This document shows positions 1 to 13,700 of a DNA stretch of 64,000 bases, one piece after another. The stretch is from the NCBI GenBank assembly GCA_951406725.2, contig OX597824.1, positions 52,638,001 through 52,702,000 of the forward strand, written 5' to 3'. Below the pieces are notes generated by a model. It did not search any database. It was not told the origin of the DNA and saw only the letters and a list, made by a program, of their open reading frames with translations. Position 1 is the stretch's first letter, and each line of letters begins with the position of its first letter. The position numbers and the translations under genes were made by a program. Source of the stretch: Octopus vulgaris (Eukaryota).

Positions 1-269
1 ACTATATATCAAGTATTCATATTTGTGTTGTGTCTCGTTTAAATTACGTAATATGCATATACTTTATGTTTAATCGGTTGATTTCATTATATACTCATGT
101 GTGCGCGCGTATGTGTATGTATGTTTTTATGTATGTTTGTATATATGTACATATAATGATTTAGTTTTCCTTATGTCGGAAATAAAAGCATTGTCAATAA
201 AAGAAATACAGCGGTAATTTTATATAATCGATGATAATAATATTTTGATATAATCTGTATTTTTATATA

Positions 270-750
270 ATCGATGGTGCAAAAGGGTGGAACGAAATGT
301 GAAAAGATACTTTGGGGAGAATCATGCTCTATGGGAGAAAAAAGAGTTATTCCTCATCGATTGGTATTAGCCGTGAGTGAAATGTGTAAGCTATGGCAAA
401 AACGAATTTACGCTCATGGGGGTAGCATTCGAAAATTTCGCTTTTAAGCTCGGTAAAGCACCTGGATCGTGTGAACTATTTAGAAGGATTCTCTTCTTTG
501 CCAAGCAGAGTCTGCATCTCTTACTTCCATTAAGATAATGAAAAGGACAAGAGAATCATTCTTTAAAAATTCACACTATCCAGGGGCTTTCCTGGACTCG
601 AAATGCGATATTGTGGAATTTTTGAAATTTCTGTAGCTGCTCTCATGAGCACGAATTTGAAAATAACACTCTCATTTCTCAGCAAAATAATTTTTCTCCA
701 AAACTATTTTTTCGCAATATTTCGTTACACCCTTATGACATCATCGAAAC
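270..750. repeat. Old degenerate foldback/MITE-like inverted repeat
   Basis: Imperfect complementary arms, e.g. atcgatggtgcaaaagggtggaacgaaat (~270) vs atttcgttacacccttatgacatcatcga (~719-747), and cacctggatcgtgtgaa (~459) vs ttcacactatccagggg (~570). Confidence 0.55.
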
Positions 751-1398
751 AACATAGAGTCTGTGCTCCTCCAGTATAAAAGAGGCTACGTGCTTCCGGC
801 CAGCATGTTTGAAGAATCGTCAATATTGTCTCATGGCAATATTCGGCCTGAAACTGATTGTAACACTCCAATCAGTTATGTGCTATAACCAGTAAAACGT
901 TGTTTGACGATATGTGTGTGTGTATATATGTGTGGGGGTTGCGTGTGTATATATATGTGTGTGTGCGTGTGTGGTGTGCATACATGTATGTATACAGGTA
1001 GACAAATAGATATTTAGATATTGATTTATATATATATATACTCGTATACACAAACATATAAATACACACACATACACACGCGCAATATAGCATATAAAAG
1101 CAACAACACAATAAAAAATGATTATTGTAAATAAAACATTTAAATTTGAAAAGAATTTAAACGTTTTTTAAAATAATAAGTTACAAAATAACCGAAAATA
1201 TTTTCTCACCCTCCTCCCCTTGGCGAGAAATAATTTTAGAATTTCAGGAGCAGTTCATGAATTTTCATCTGTATATCAGTAGAGTTTCATTTGATTTGAT
1301 TTTTTGTGTATGCTTTTTAATGTTTTGAAATTTAACTTCTCATTTTATCAGTTTTTAAAAGTAATCCCTCTGTTAACACTTTGCACGCACACATACAC

Positions 1399-1464
<66 letters not shown>

Positions 1465-1746
1465 GCATACATATATAAATACATACATACATGCATACAC
1501 ATGCATACACACACAAACATATATGTACATACATATATATGCCCGTATATGTATATGTGTCTGTATGTTTGAGTATATATATGTATGCGTCTATGCATAT
1601 ATATTTATATGTATAAACACCTACATGTTTATATATATGCATCCATACATCTATACATGTATGCATTAAATGTATCTGCATATATAAATGCATATATATA
1701 TATATATATATATATAGACATATACATATATATATGTATATATGTA

Positions 1747-1816
<70 letters not shown>

Positions 1817-2018
1817 TTCTTAATCCATAACTATAATTTAATAATTTTCGACGACTAACGTCAGAATTATGAATATCTCACCATTTTTATTATTTTGCTT
1901 GAGCTAGCATTCATAGTTCTGACAATAGTCTGTGTCACATTTTTATTTTCTGAAACTAAGTTTATTGTAATTTTTTTTTTAATATTTTTTCTTCTTTGAA
2001 TTTAGGATCATTTTAACA

Positions 2019-2357
2019 TCACAATGCTGTTGTGTTATTATAGGCTTCAGTCTTCGTTTGAGAGACCACCACTATATCTTTTTGTCCTAGAACTTTCACG
2101 TGAAACATTCCTTCCCGTTTTTTAGACAGTTCTTCTTTGGTTACCTTGGACAACTTACAACCAAACAAGATACACAATAAGCAAACTAAACCCTCGAATC
2201 CGGCTCCACCAAGAGCTATCAGAATCAGAATATCCTTCTTTTCTTTTTGGAAAGTATGTCCATCCGTTGTATGACTGACCAGTCCAAGACGTAGCAATTG
2301 GATGCTGACAACAGCAGTCACCAAAGAAACCACGGAAATGGCAATGAAGCACATGAT
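2019..2357 (-). CDS. Terminal coding exon of a host multi-pass membrane protein (TMEM196/CD20-like tetraspan C-terminal half)
   Basis: Minus strand has a polypyrimidine acceptor ttttattttattctAG directly before ATC ATG TGC, and is open to TGA at 2019. Two hydrophobic helices (IMCFIAISVVSLVTAVVSIQLL; ILILIALGGAGFEGLVCLLCILFG) are followed by a charged tail. Sequence is non-repetitive. Family call is from recalled similarity to TMEM196 and is unverified; upstream exons were not located. Confidence 0.7.
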   Translation of the reverse strand: MMCFIAISVVSLVTAVVSIQLLRLGLVSHTTDGHTFQKEKKDILILIALGGAGFEGLVCLLCILFGCKLSKVTKEELSKKREGMFHVKVLGQKDIVVVSQTKTEAYNNTTAL

Positions 2358-2659
2358 CTAGAATAAAATAAAAAAATATATATATATGTTAGTAAATGAA
2401 AATAGATTACATATTACAGCAGGTAAGAGTGAAAATAATTATTACAACAAGTATATACTGTTAAATTCTATTTTTGACAAATACTTCTTCATACATCTAT
2501 GACGTATACTTAAACCAAATATTAATAGAATTGTGTAATTGTGATTTAAATGGTTATCATAACTCGTAGGAAAATGCTATTTTCTTCAGATTTTGAAATC
2601 ATAATCTTTAATTCGAAGTTATTATTTTAAAGTCAATTTGAAGATATAAAGAGAACATA

Positions 2660-3400
2660 TTTGGATGAGGCTAGCCACTCTGCTTGGAATCTCATCCCAT
2701 TTCCCGTCCACCTGCATATCCGTACCGAATTAGACACCAAACACTTTAACCGGTGCGTCTGTCCAGCGATCTACAATGTTGTTCGAGGCATATAGTTGTC
2801 TCTCCCGTTGCCAAGCTGAAAACTCACCAACTTACCCGGATTTACTTTTGTTCATATCATCGATGAGGGTGCCGACTATGTCCACTTTTGTAGTGACTGA
2901 TACAATTACTGTAACGTCAGTTGCATGCTCCGACACAACCCCACTCTAGCTTCCAAATTAATGGGTCGGGAGCCAGCACATATAAAAGAGACGAGAAAGG
3001 TGACACCCGACTGATCGAGCACGTGATATGAAATGGTTTCGAGAAGTGGCCATTCAAATTGGGCAATGTGTAAGTTCCAATTTGCATTGCTATCTAGCGC
3101 ATGAAAACAGGTCTGAAACTGGCTTTTTGCGCTGCTGTCAAGTAGCGATGGTTAACACTAAAGGAAGAATTTGACTGTTTTCCATCCCTTGTGTGATGCA
3201 ATGCATGAAGCGGAGGTTTTCACAAAGCCTCTTTCCCATCCTCACTGTAATGTAACGCATGAGATATTGGTCGTCGCAATGGATCTGTTGAAATTCGTAC
3301 ACATTTGCGCTTTTCCGACCAAACCAACCATGACAAAGGCCAACCTCATTGCTGACATTTTGGCCAAAATCTTAAACTCTACATTCAGCAGGAGACACAA
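2660..3400 (-). pseudogene. Decayed Tx1-clade reverse transcriptase fragment
   Basis: Minus-strand translations LLNVE.KILAK (~3360-3393) and VDRWTDAPVKVFGV (~2735-2778) match the ORF2 at 52330-55703 (LLNVEFKILAK; GHWTDGPVKLLGV). Confidence 0.75.
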
Positions 3401-3409
3401 GGCTTGACA

Positions 3410-3890
3410 TTTGGGAGAAGGTGTTTACTGATTAAATCGACTCTAGTGCTTGACACCTTATTTTATCGAACGTGGAAAGATAAAAAGCAATGTTGACAGT
3501 GGCAAGTCTTGAATTCAGAACGTAGAAAGCCGGAACAATTATCATAAGGTATTAAACGGTTCTGCCAGTTCGCCTGTTTCTAATACTGACATAAGATCAG
3601 AAATGTAAGAGGAGAAGTTAGACGTTAGTCGTTTAATTTATTTTTATTGACCTAGGAAGTATGAAAGTAAAATTCACCTCGGCAGGACTTGAACACAAAA
3701 AATTGAAGCGCTAACGATTCTGCCACTCTACTGCTTTTAATAATTTCTGATATAAACACAAAACAAGCAATTTGGTGGGAGGGGTCGAATATATGGACCC
3801 TAATAAATGACTGGTACTTTACTTTTTTAACGTCGGAGGGGCGAAAGCAAAGTCGACTTCGTTGGGAGTTGAGCTCAGAATTTAAATGCA
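3410..3890 (-). mobile_element. Cluster of decayed tRNA-derived SINE copies (same family as 48033)
   Basis: Reverse-complement matches to the SINE body (ttttatcga...gaaaggataaaaagcaa; ctggtactt...gcaaagtcgac...gagctcagaa). Confidence 0.6.
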
Positions 3891-4007
3891 CGCGGCTATA
3901 CTCCACAAATCGTTTTCTCTATCATTGTAGAGCAGCTAATTAAATAACTGGATTATGTGCATTCCCCACATGACAATTTTATGAATGGTTTCTAATTTCT
4001 TTATTTA

Positions 4008-4172
4008 CGGTGGTGTGCTGAAAAGTTCTGGCTTTGGGTAAAAGAAAATATACAGGAAGATCATTTACTTATTGCAGTGATCCTTCAGTTTTTCTAAGCC
4101 CCGTAAGGTTTGGTCCTCTAACCTGGCCTTTCGTCGTACCCTGAAAGCCAGGAACGTTTCAGTACCCCCTCA
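4008..4172. mobile_element. Mariner-derived MITE
   Basis: TA-flanked imperfect TIRs cggtggtgtgctgaaaagttctggcttt / aaagccaggaacgtttcagtaccccctca. Confidence 0.65.
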
Positions 4173-4662
4173 TATAGATATATTTCTAAAAATTACACAT
4201 TTGGAAGTAAAAGGCCCAAGTCCCATGAAGCAAGACGTAATGTTATTGACTCTCTATTACTCAGTAGGTGCCTTTACAAAAAAAAAAAATAAATAAATAA
4301 AGAGAGAGAGAGAGAGAGAGAGAAATATTTTCAAATTTAAACAAATAAGAGGATGGAAATCTAGTTAAATTTCTTCCTATTTTAATGCTTCAATTAAATT
4401 TCATTACTTTTTATTTTAACATTTATTTTTATTTTTCTTGCTTTACCTCTTTTTTACAAAATGTAACAGAAAAAGGATAGAAAGAAAAGGCCAGCCTTTG
4501 TTTTCATTATATTGTATTAGTTGCAAGTTCGGTGCCGAAGATATATGGCACCGAAATGCATTCCCAGAATTAATTTTCTTGTAACAAAAGGCATTACGAA
4601 AAAAAAACATTGAGATACATGCACAAATATACTCTCATACATACATACATACATACATACAT

Positions 4663-4723
<61 letters not shown>

Positions 4724-6539
4724 CACACACACATACACACACACACACACATAAGTGTGTGTGGTAAGCATGTCTTGTGTATTGGCTGGAAGAAAACTCG
4801 CAACAAGTCCTAGCAAAAAATAAACGAATAAATAAATAAAAAGAAAGAAAGAAAGGGAAAGGAAAAGACTGAAATAAAAAGAAAGAAAGAAGAAATGTAT
4901 GTAGGAAAAGATCTAATTTTGACACGATCAATTGTGAAATCTATTTGTCTGACAAAAATCATTACAAAAAGAGACAAAATGTAATGGAAAAATATTGAAA
5001 TAAATAAATACTGGCTAAATAAACAAACAAACAAGGATGGGAAGATATGGACATCACAAGAGAAATGAAGTAAAACGAAGAAATAAAAATGTGAAATTTT
5101 GTAAAATTTCTCATTAGAATACTGATTTTTAACATAGGCACAAGGCCTGATAATTTAAGAGCGGAATAAAATATGAAACAAGTACCATTTATGTACTGGT
5201 GTACGTAAATGGTACTTTGTTTCATTCAACCTAGAAGGACTTCATTACAAAGTCGCCTTCGAGTGGATGTCAACTCAGTAATTACAGCAGCAAACTGAAT
5301 ACGGTAAAACCTTCTGAACAACATTTATCTATTCTACCATCAAAATGAGTTACATGTTTAGGCGAAGAGAAATAGGATTCTATGACGTTCATGTCTATTC
5401 CGAAAAAGCATCACTATGATGTGTGAAGTAAAATGACTTCCTATGAGAATCAAAACTTACAGAACCTGTTTAGTACGAGCTACGATTAGGCAAGTGAGCT
5501 CCCGTTCGATTCCTGGTCCTGGAGTCACGTTCTGCCCTTAGACAATGCATTTCATGTTGCTTCAGTCCATTCAGCTGGCGAAAGCGAGTATTAAGACTGA
5601 CACAGCACGTGGTCAATGTCAATTTAGTACGGTAGAGCTAACAAGTCAGTGGTACAAAAACCTTCACGCATGAAGAGGAATGTCTCCAGCAGAGGTTTGC
5701 TATATCCTTTGTGTTTACTTTTAACTCGAATCCTATAAGATCACTATTTTTAAAGGTAAGGGTAGACCCAACTAAATCACATACAATGTTTTCAGAATTA
5801 GTTCGTGCGAATGTCCAAACTAATAATGTACCGGCAATTCACATGTTGTCATTGTGTTGCTTCAGTACTACTGACTGATTACGCAACTGGTGGAAGTCTA
5901 ATTTAAAGTTCTATTGGAGATAACGAAGAACATGATCGAACGGAGAACATGGTCGAACGGAGAACGTGATTAATGATGCTGAGATTTGACAAACAGGCAG
6001 TTTACAGTATTTTCAGCAGAAGTTTTAGAACAAAATATTTGACATTTTGTTGCATATGTTTAACTAAGCATCCTTATCAGATGACACAGGCCAGTTCATG
6101 AAAAGTTTTATAGGCAAGCACTTTTGCTTCTGATGAAGGTGATGCACGTTTTCTCTTATTGATGGCAGAAAAGACTGCATAACCATTATTTTTTTTTTCA
6201 AAAGAATAGGTCGGAGTTTTGCGCAAATGTAACCGATACAATAGTCAATCCAAACATGAACAAGCAAGAAAAAACAACAACGCGAGGACGTGCAATAAGT
6301 ACTGTGTTATTGGACGCTCAGGAAAGGAAAGAAAAGAAAGAGGGTTTCACGTTTCGAGCGGAGCTCTTCATCAGAAATATAGAAAAAGTCCAAAGAAGGG
6401 AAGACGGAGAAAGAAAATCACCAACGATACACACGCAGTCACATATTGAAATACAATAGTGCTGTATATTGGTGACCTTGATCTACTTTTATTAGCCACA
6501 GTTAGTCATCGACCTAACGGGTAAGAGTAAACGTATGTT

Positions 6540-7370
6540 TCGTACACTTAGCGAACTCTCGAAAGTTAAACAATTATAGATTTAGTAAGTCAACAGGTTT
6601 GTGTAAAATTCTGTTATATTTTTTAAAAGACTTTTAAGAAGACTTTTCTAAAGTTGCAACAGTCCTACGGGGAGATTTGCTTGAGTTGTACACAATGTGA
6701 AGGGTCGTACCGGCGTTTCAAATCAGCAAGAACAGATCATCCGACGAAGATGAACTGAAATCTAGATAACCGTCGACTGCAACGGACGATGATTACATTG
6801 CAAAAGTGTGTACTATGATCTGTGAAAGTCGTCTCCTGACTTTCCGCAAAGTTCCTGAAGAAGTAAGCATTTATAAAAAGTTTGTATCACATGATTTTAA
6901 AAGATAATTTGAAGATGCATCACCTTGCTCTTTAGATTTTAATCTGTGCCGAGCCGATTGATAGAAGAACAAAAATAGAATCGAGTCATTAGTCACAGCT
7001 TTGTGATGGTTCAAATACTGATGGAAACTTTCTGAAACATAGGTGTACGTTTATATTAGCGAAACTTAAATGCTGGTGCCACAGTGAATTGGATAGCCAT
7101 CGCTGAGATCATAAAACATTATTTCAGAGTTGCTAAAATATGCAAGCTATGTTGATCGTCATTTTTTTATTCGTACGGTGTCGTTCATCCATATGTTGCA
7201 AGTGATCAGATGATAATGAATCAGTTTTACTCGGAAATCTCGGAACATTTGAGAGAAGGCTGAAGCATGGACAAATAAATCTTAGATGCTGCATCACTAC
7301 AATGCTCTTGCTAATGTGTTACCTCTTAACCGTGACTTTGTGGCAAGCAACGAGACTTGTGTCCCCCAGC
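6540..7370 (+). pseudogene. Heavily decayed mariner transposase
   Basis: Broken frames give PSTATDDDYIAKVCTMICESRLLTFRKVPEEVSI (HTH region) and MLHHYNALAN (the HDNA motif region). Confidence 0.65.
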
Positions 7371-9191
7371 CTTTGTACTGTTAGGATTTGGCTCCAGTGA
7401 ACTTATTATTCCAAAGCAAAAAAAAAAAAAAATGTCGAATCGAGACGAAAAAAGGGAGAGAAAGAGAGAGAAGAAGAGTGAGAGAGGGAGAGACAGACGG
7501 ACAAACAGACAGAGAATTGTCCGACACACACACACACATACAGAAAATGGAAACAAGTAAAAGAAACAGGGAAAGCAAAATAGAGAGAGAGAGAGAAAAA
7601 CTAATAAAGAGAACTAGCAAAAGACAGAAAAACACCCAAGGAGAAACAGAGAAACACAAGGGGGACGAAAGAAACAAGAAAAGGAGGGAAAATGTTGATA
7701 AAAATAAACAAAGGTTATGGAAGTGGGAGGGAAGGATTATATCGGGATGATAGTTGAGGCTGGTGAAACAATCGCAGTAAATAGATAACAGCCTTAAAGC
7801 AAATGTTAACTGGAGAATTACTATAGCAGAGAACCAGACGGTGTTGGTTGATTGTGAAAGTGGTAGTGGTGGTGGTGGTGGCTGCAACTATCTGTAGTGA
7901 TGATGATGATGGCGGTGTTGGTGTCTGCGGATACTGATATAGATGGCGTATGTCTATAGTAGTGATGTATGTACTGATGATGCTGGTTGTGTCTAGACTG
8001 GTGGTGTTTCGATGGTGGTGTGTGATGATATATGAGTTTTTACTGTTGCAATGGTTTCACAGTGGTGTTAGTCGTGCTGCCTGTGGTAGTGTAAGTAAAA
8101 GTGTTGCCGGTTGTGATGGAGTCACCAGAAAAGGTTATGGTGGCTTGTTGTCAGTATTGCTATTGTCGTGGTGATGGTTTTGAGTAAAAGTAGTGGTGCG
8201 GTTTGTTGTTTGACCATAGCTGAGTCCCCTCCGCCTAGATCTACATCAAGAGGCAATCCAGCCATGACTATCCACTCATTTTTCGATGTACATAAAACCC
8301 AATATCTCGTTATCCAACATGACGGTGGAGTGTTTTGAGGAAGGCTGAGCTGCTATTTCTAGGAAATAGAGCTATCTCACAAAAGTTCCTTAATGGTTGC
8401 GACAAAGTGATGGTGATGATAGCGGAGATGTGATAGGCATAAAGGTGATGGTACTGGTTGTGATGGTGGTGGCAGTGGTAGTAGTGGTGACGGCGGTGGT
8501 GCACGCGATGGAGATGGGTGACAGTGGTAATGGTGGTGGATTTGGTTTGGTGGTGATGGTGGTGCTGAAGCAGCTGATGTTAAAGAAAGTGGCAGGTGTG
8601 AGCGATGGCGGTGATGTAAGTTACAATGTTACGGGAAGGGTTGGTATCCGTGCATGGTGGTGGAGAAGGAACGGAGAAAATAGTTCAATGAAGGAGAATA
8701 AAAAGGAGAGGATGGGGGAGGGGGAATTAGTGGGAAAGAGAATAAATGATATATAGAGGCGGAAGGGAGATCGATAAATCAATATAGAAACTGGATGGTT
8801 TACTGTTGATTTTGTGGTTGCATGTTGGTTGCGGCGGTGACGGTGATGGTGGGGGAACATGGTGGTAGTTATGTAGCAATAAGAAGAGTGGGCTGGCGTT
8901 GTGAAGGGGTAGGGAAAACCCGAAAACACACATATAAACATATACACACAGGCACACACACATATGTATGTATGTGTGTGTGTGTATTTATATATATATA
9001 TATATGCATCTATGATTGTGTACACACGTATGGGCATGTATATGTACATTAAAGAATTATTGCGTTATGTATGTTAGAGACAAAGTTTGTATGTCAGTTG
9101 GAGTTTGTGTGAATGTGTATGCATTCTAAAATAACTGTGAATGTTTTCTTCTTTGATTTTGAATGTGACAGGGCATGTGGTAGTGGTGGGG

Positions 9192-9244
<53 letters not shown>

Positions 9245-9298
9245 GTTGTTGTTGTTGTTGTTGTTGTTGTTATCATCATCATCATCATCATCATCATT

Positions 9299-9829
9299 GA
9301 GTGAGAGAGCAGTACATGCTATTAAAATGACACTGGGGTAAAATATGTGAAGCCCAATATACCCATCTTGACTACCCGTCTGATAAGGGTATACCAGGCA
9401 TATGTGTGAGACATGGTAATCTCATATCAAGATAAAGAGCACATCACCTTGCAGGTGGGGCCCAGTTAGAATTTTCCTCAGGTCGAGTAGCCCGTCCCTC
9501 TCAAAATAAGGTTCATTTAAGGATGTTGAAAGAAACACCTATGTTTCCAGAGGTTAATTATCCAAATCCCCAAAGAATCCCTCTCAACACATGGCTATGA
9601 TGCTCCCCCACTACTTCTGCTCGTGATCAGAGATGCACATATTGTCAGCCACTAAGAGACATGTTCAACTGGCTAAAGTCAAACAACTGAGACACAAATC
9701 TGTGGTACAGAGTAGAATATTTGCTGTAGCTCATGTTTTATACCAAGACAAAACATGTATATGATACCACTTCCAATCAGTTAAGACCAGAAGCCATGAG
9801 AACCAGTACCTGGTACTGCATCAGGACGT
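9299..9829 (-). mobile_element. ~550-bp non-autonomous repeat inserted in a (TAA)n/(GAT)n tract, copy 1
   Basis: Clearly homologous to 20841-21400 and 40713-40983; all copies end ...ctctcactc followed by an AAT-type triplet run. Confidence 0.8.
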
Positions 9830-9863
9830 TTATTACCGTTTGTTATCATTATCATTATTATCG

Positions 9864-9951
<88 letters not shown>

Positions 9952-10152
9952 GGCGATGAGCTGGTAGAATTGTTAGCACGCCGGGCACAATACTTTGCAG
10001 CATTTCGTCAGTCTTTACGTTCTGCGTTCAAATTTTGTCGCTTTTCATGTTTTCGACGCCGATAAATTAAATACGAGTGAAACGCTGGGGTCGATGTAAC
10101 CGACTAGTCCCTTTCATCCAAATTTCAGGCCTTGTACCTTCAGTAGAAAGGA
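9952..10152 (+). mobile_element. tRNA-derived SINE (48033 family)
   Basis: ggcgatgagctggtagaattgttagcacgccgggc...gttcaaatt...ggggtcgatgtaaccgact. Confidence 0.75.
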
Positions 10153-10234
10153 TTATTATTATTGTTGTTCTTGTTGTTGTTGTTTTTGTTGCTGCCGATG
10201 TTGCTGTTGTTGTTGTTGTTGCTATTATTATTAT

Positions 10235-13200
10235 TATTCTGTTTGACTTTTGCTTTATATTTGTACAAGCTGGCTCCAAGTCTCACCAAGAGACCTCAAG
10301 AGACAACAGATTGGCAGTTCACGTTGTTGTTATGCCTAGTGTGCCATATATTTGGGGGGGGGGGTTGTGTTGTACTAGTGAATGTCTAATAAATAAATTT
10401 AAAAAAACAAATAAAATAAAATATTTAAAAAAATGATAAATAAATAAATAAAAATTGTTTGTTTTAAACCTTGAGATTACATAGAAAGTATTTTGCGTAG
10501 GATATGAGCAGTTCCCATGAGTACTATCTTTTGAATTTCTGCCATTTTGGGATTTCCTGGTATCTGAGTTAGGTAGCAATCAGCCCCTTTCGCTATCATT
10601 CCCAGGGCACCTATGACAACAGGTATTGTTTTAGTCTTCAGCTTCCACATTTTGCTGATTTCTATTTCAAGATCTTTATATTTGCTCAGTTATTGGTAGG
10701 TCTTGACAGATACGTTTATATCGATTGGGACAGTCATATCAATGAGGAGGCATGTTCTTTTTCTGAAGTCTTTCAATATGATGTCTGGCCTATTTGCATC
10801 TATCTTTCTGTCAGTTTGAATGGTGAAGTTCCAGAGGAGTGAGATGTGGTCATTTTCAAGTACTGGAGGTGGTTTGTGTTCCCACCAGTTTTTTTCATGG
10901 GGCAACTCCAGGTTTTTGCAAATTACCCAGTGAATATATTGTGCAGCTCTATCATGCCTGTTGAGATACTCTGTAGGCGCTAGAAGACTGTACTTGGAGA
11001 CAACATGATCAATGGTTTCCTTTTGTTGTTGACATACACGACATGTTGGGCGACTGCCGTTTTTTAATATGTTGGCCTGGTAGTTTCTTGTTGGTAGGGA
11101 TTGATCTTGAGCTGCTATGATAAACCCCTCTGTTTCAGATTTTAAGCCAGAGGCCATAAGCCATTGATGGGTCAGGGCTTTGTCAATATCTGCATTATTC
11201 GCTCTATTTGGGTATTTGCCATAGAGAGGTTTTCTTGCCATTTACCATTCAGAATATCTAAGGCCGCAGTTTTAGCACGGGTTTTAATGCGCTTAGCTTT
11301 TTCTGTGCTTGTTTCTTGTATGTGTATCTCTAATTCCGAAATTTGTTGTATTCGGAATTCACTTAGATATTCCTTTGCCTGTTTTGTTACTGAGTATGAT
11401 GCTTTCTTGTTTTGAAACAAGTTTTAACATCTAGTCCTCAGACTTTTTCAGGTAGGTGTCTAGGCCAATTGTAGCAATCTTCATTGTCATTGCCAGTTGT
11501 AAAAGACCACGGCCTCCCTCTTTTCTCGGCAGATAAAGTCGTTCTGTATCTGCCTTAGGGTGGTGCATTCTATGCATTGTCAACAGTTTTCATATTTTTC
11601 TGTCAAGCTGACATATTTCAGTAATTGACCAGTTAACGATATTGAAACTGTAAGTCACGACTGGTATGGCTAATGCATTCATCGCATCGATCCTGTTTCT
11701 CGCATTCAGCTCTGTTTTGAGTATTGCTCTCACTCTTCGATAACATTCTCTCCTGATCCTTTCCTTCATCTCTGAATGCCTTATTCCGTCCATTTCAATT
11801 ACCCCTAGGTACTTGTAGCTCTCCACTGGGTCTAATTCTTTTATGATATTCTGTTGGTCAAGGTTAACGTTAGATGTTTCTGTCATTTTTCCTTTGATAA
11901 AGGTAGCTTTTGCACATTTATCGAGGCCAAATAGCATTCTGATGTCGTCACTAAATTGATTGACAATCGCTAGTAAGCCCTTGAGTTGTTGGTTATTTTT
12001 TGCAAAGAGCTTTAAATCATCCATGTAAATGAGATGATTTATATTTTTATCAAACATTTTATATCCGTACTGCGCGTCATTGAGCAGTTTTGAGAGAGGT
12101 ATTAAGGCTAAACAAAAGAGGAGTTGTGATAGTGAGTCACCCTGGAAAATGCCACATGAAATTTTTACATCACCAGCATTTAGGGATTCATTGTCACTGT
12201 TCAAAGTTAGTGTGGTTCTCCATGATCTCATACTTACGTCTAAGGAGTCCAGTTCTGTAAATATTCTATCAATCCAGGGGGCCTTTTCGTTGTGTGTTTT
12301 TTCTTCTGCCCAAATTTTATTCCAAAATCCCTGCACTTCTTTTGATGATACAGACTTTACAGTAACTGCTGTTTTTCCTATCTTCCTGTAAAAATTTTTG
12401 GGGTTATTTTTGAACATGTTGTTGACCTTGAAAAATCTATCACGCTTTTCATACCTCGCTATGCGGGCAGCTTTAGCACATACCTTTTGCTTGATGGTTT
12501 CTATGGTGGCATCAATATCAAGTATAGTTTTCATATTATATTTTTTCAGTAATTTTGGGGTTTTTGTAGGTTTGGTAGTCTTTTGAACCTTAAGGTTTTT
12601 CAAATAATCAATGTCAGATCTAAATAGTTTAATTTGTTGTTGCAAACGCTCTTACCAAGAAGGCTTTTTGTGGGAATGTTGCCGTTTTCTAATCTTTTCA
12701 CCACATAGGATCGTTGAGATTTTCGCGGATGCATAGTATAGGTGGTTGAGATCGATGATATCAACATCATTAGCTGAAATTATATCCTTAGATGTAAGCC
12801 GGATTTTACCAATTATTTTCAGGTTTTGGTTAGAGTTGCGAATTTTAGGGAGTGTATCGCGTTCATCCATGCTGGTTTCTTTAATTTTCAGCCATTCAAT
12901 CATGATTTGATTTTTTAGCTCATGTAGTTCTGTTAGGTCAATATTTGTGTGACTTTCTTTATTTATTTGATGTTTATCTGTCTTAGTGTTTATGATTGGT
13001 TCAGGGAGTATTTCACTTTGCCTATCACTTATTCAATCACTCTTTCAATCCTTACTTCGTTTTTATCAGCCCTGGTCTGGTCTATAATTATTTCCTCTGT
13101 ATTATCTTCTCTAGCAGCAGCTTCGTTCATTTTATCCGTCACTGCTTGTCTAATTTGATCAATCTCTACTTCAGTCAGTAATTTTTTTTTATAATGTTTC

Positions 13201-13700
13201 TTCTGACGTTGGCAAGTTTGTTACTGTCTATGTAGGGTCTTGCTTCAGGGTGTTTCTGTCTCCAGTTTAAGTATGTTTGTACAGTGTTAGATTTATCTGT
13301 GGGGAAATATATGGCATGGTAGAAGGCCGCAAGAACTTCTTTATTATCTTCCCTAGACCCTTTTTCCTTTCTTTTGATTATTTGGTGACGAGCATGGATG
13401 GCCATCTGTTGGAATATTCTGGTTGTGGGGTACGTCCAGCTCCTGTGTGTTGGGAAGATTTGATCCAGTAGCTGATGTTTCAATCAGAATTTGGTTCAAT
13501 TTTCGGGTACGTGGTCTTTTGTCATCCGCGCGATGACCATTGCGGTTTTTAATTTGTTTTGTTGACATTGAAGCATGACGAGCTTCGACTCTTACATTAG
13601 GAGACGGATCTGTCAGTTTAGGGTTCCCTGCACGTAAACATTGCTAGCAGATCTGTATTTGTCTGTATTTTTTTTGTTGATAGATTTATCTCCGAACATA
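10235..13700 (-). mobile_element. R4/Dong-clade non-LTR retrotransposon (RT + CCHC + restriction-like endonuclease), degenerate, internal RT deletion
   Basis: GIFQGDSLS and YMDD (RT), CRVC..ETIDHVVS, RHD, RPDII..LIDMTVP (RLE). Many stops and frameshifts. RT N-terminal motifs are missing at the 12237/12238 junction. Confidence 0.92.

Noticed and set aside
5927-5970. 17-bp tandem repeat (gaacatgrtcgaacgga) as CRISPR-like
   Set aside because: Only ~2.5 adjacent units, no spacers, eukaryotic context.
7381-8760. ORFs of 119-168 aa in purine-rich and (GGT)n-rich sequence
   Set aside because: Low-complexity degenerate microsatellite with no domain features.
12231-12240. GTAAGT at the Dong deletion junction as evidence of splicing
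   Set aside because: The GT is retained downstream of the deletion, whereas splicing would remove it.
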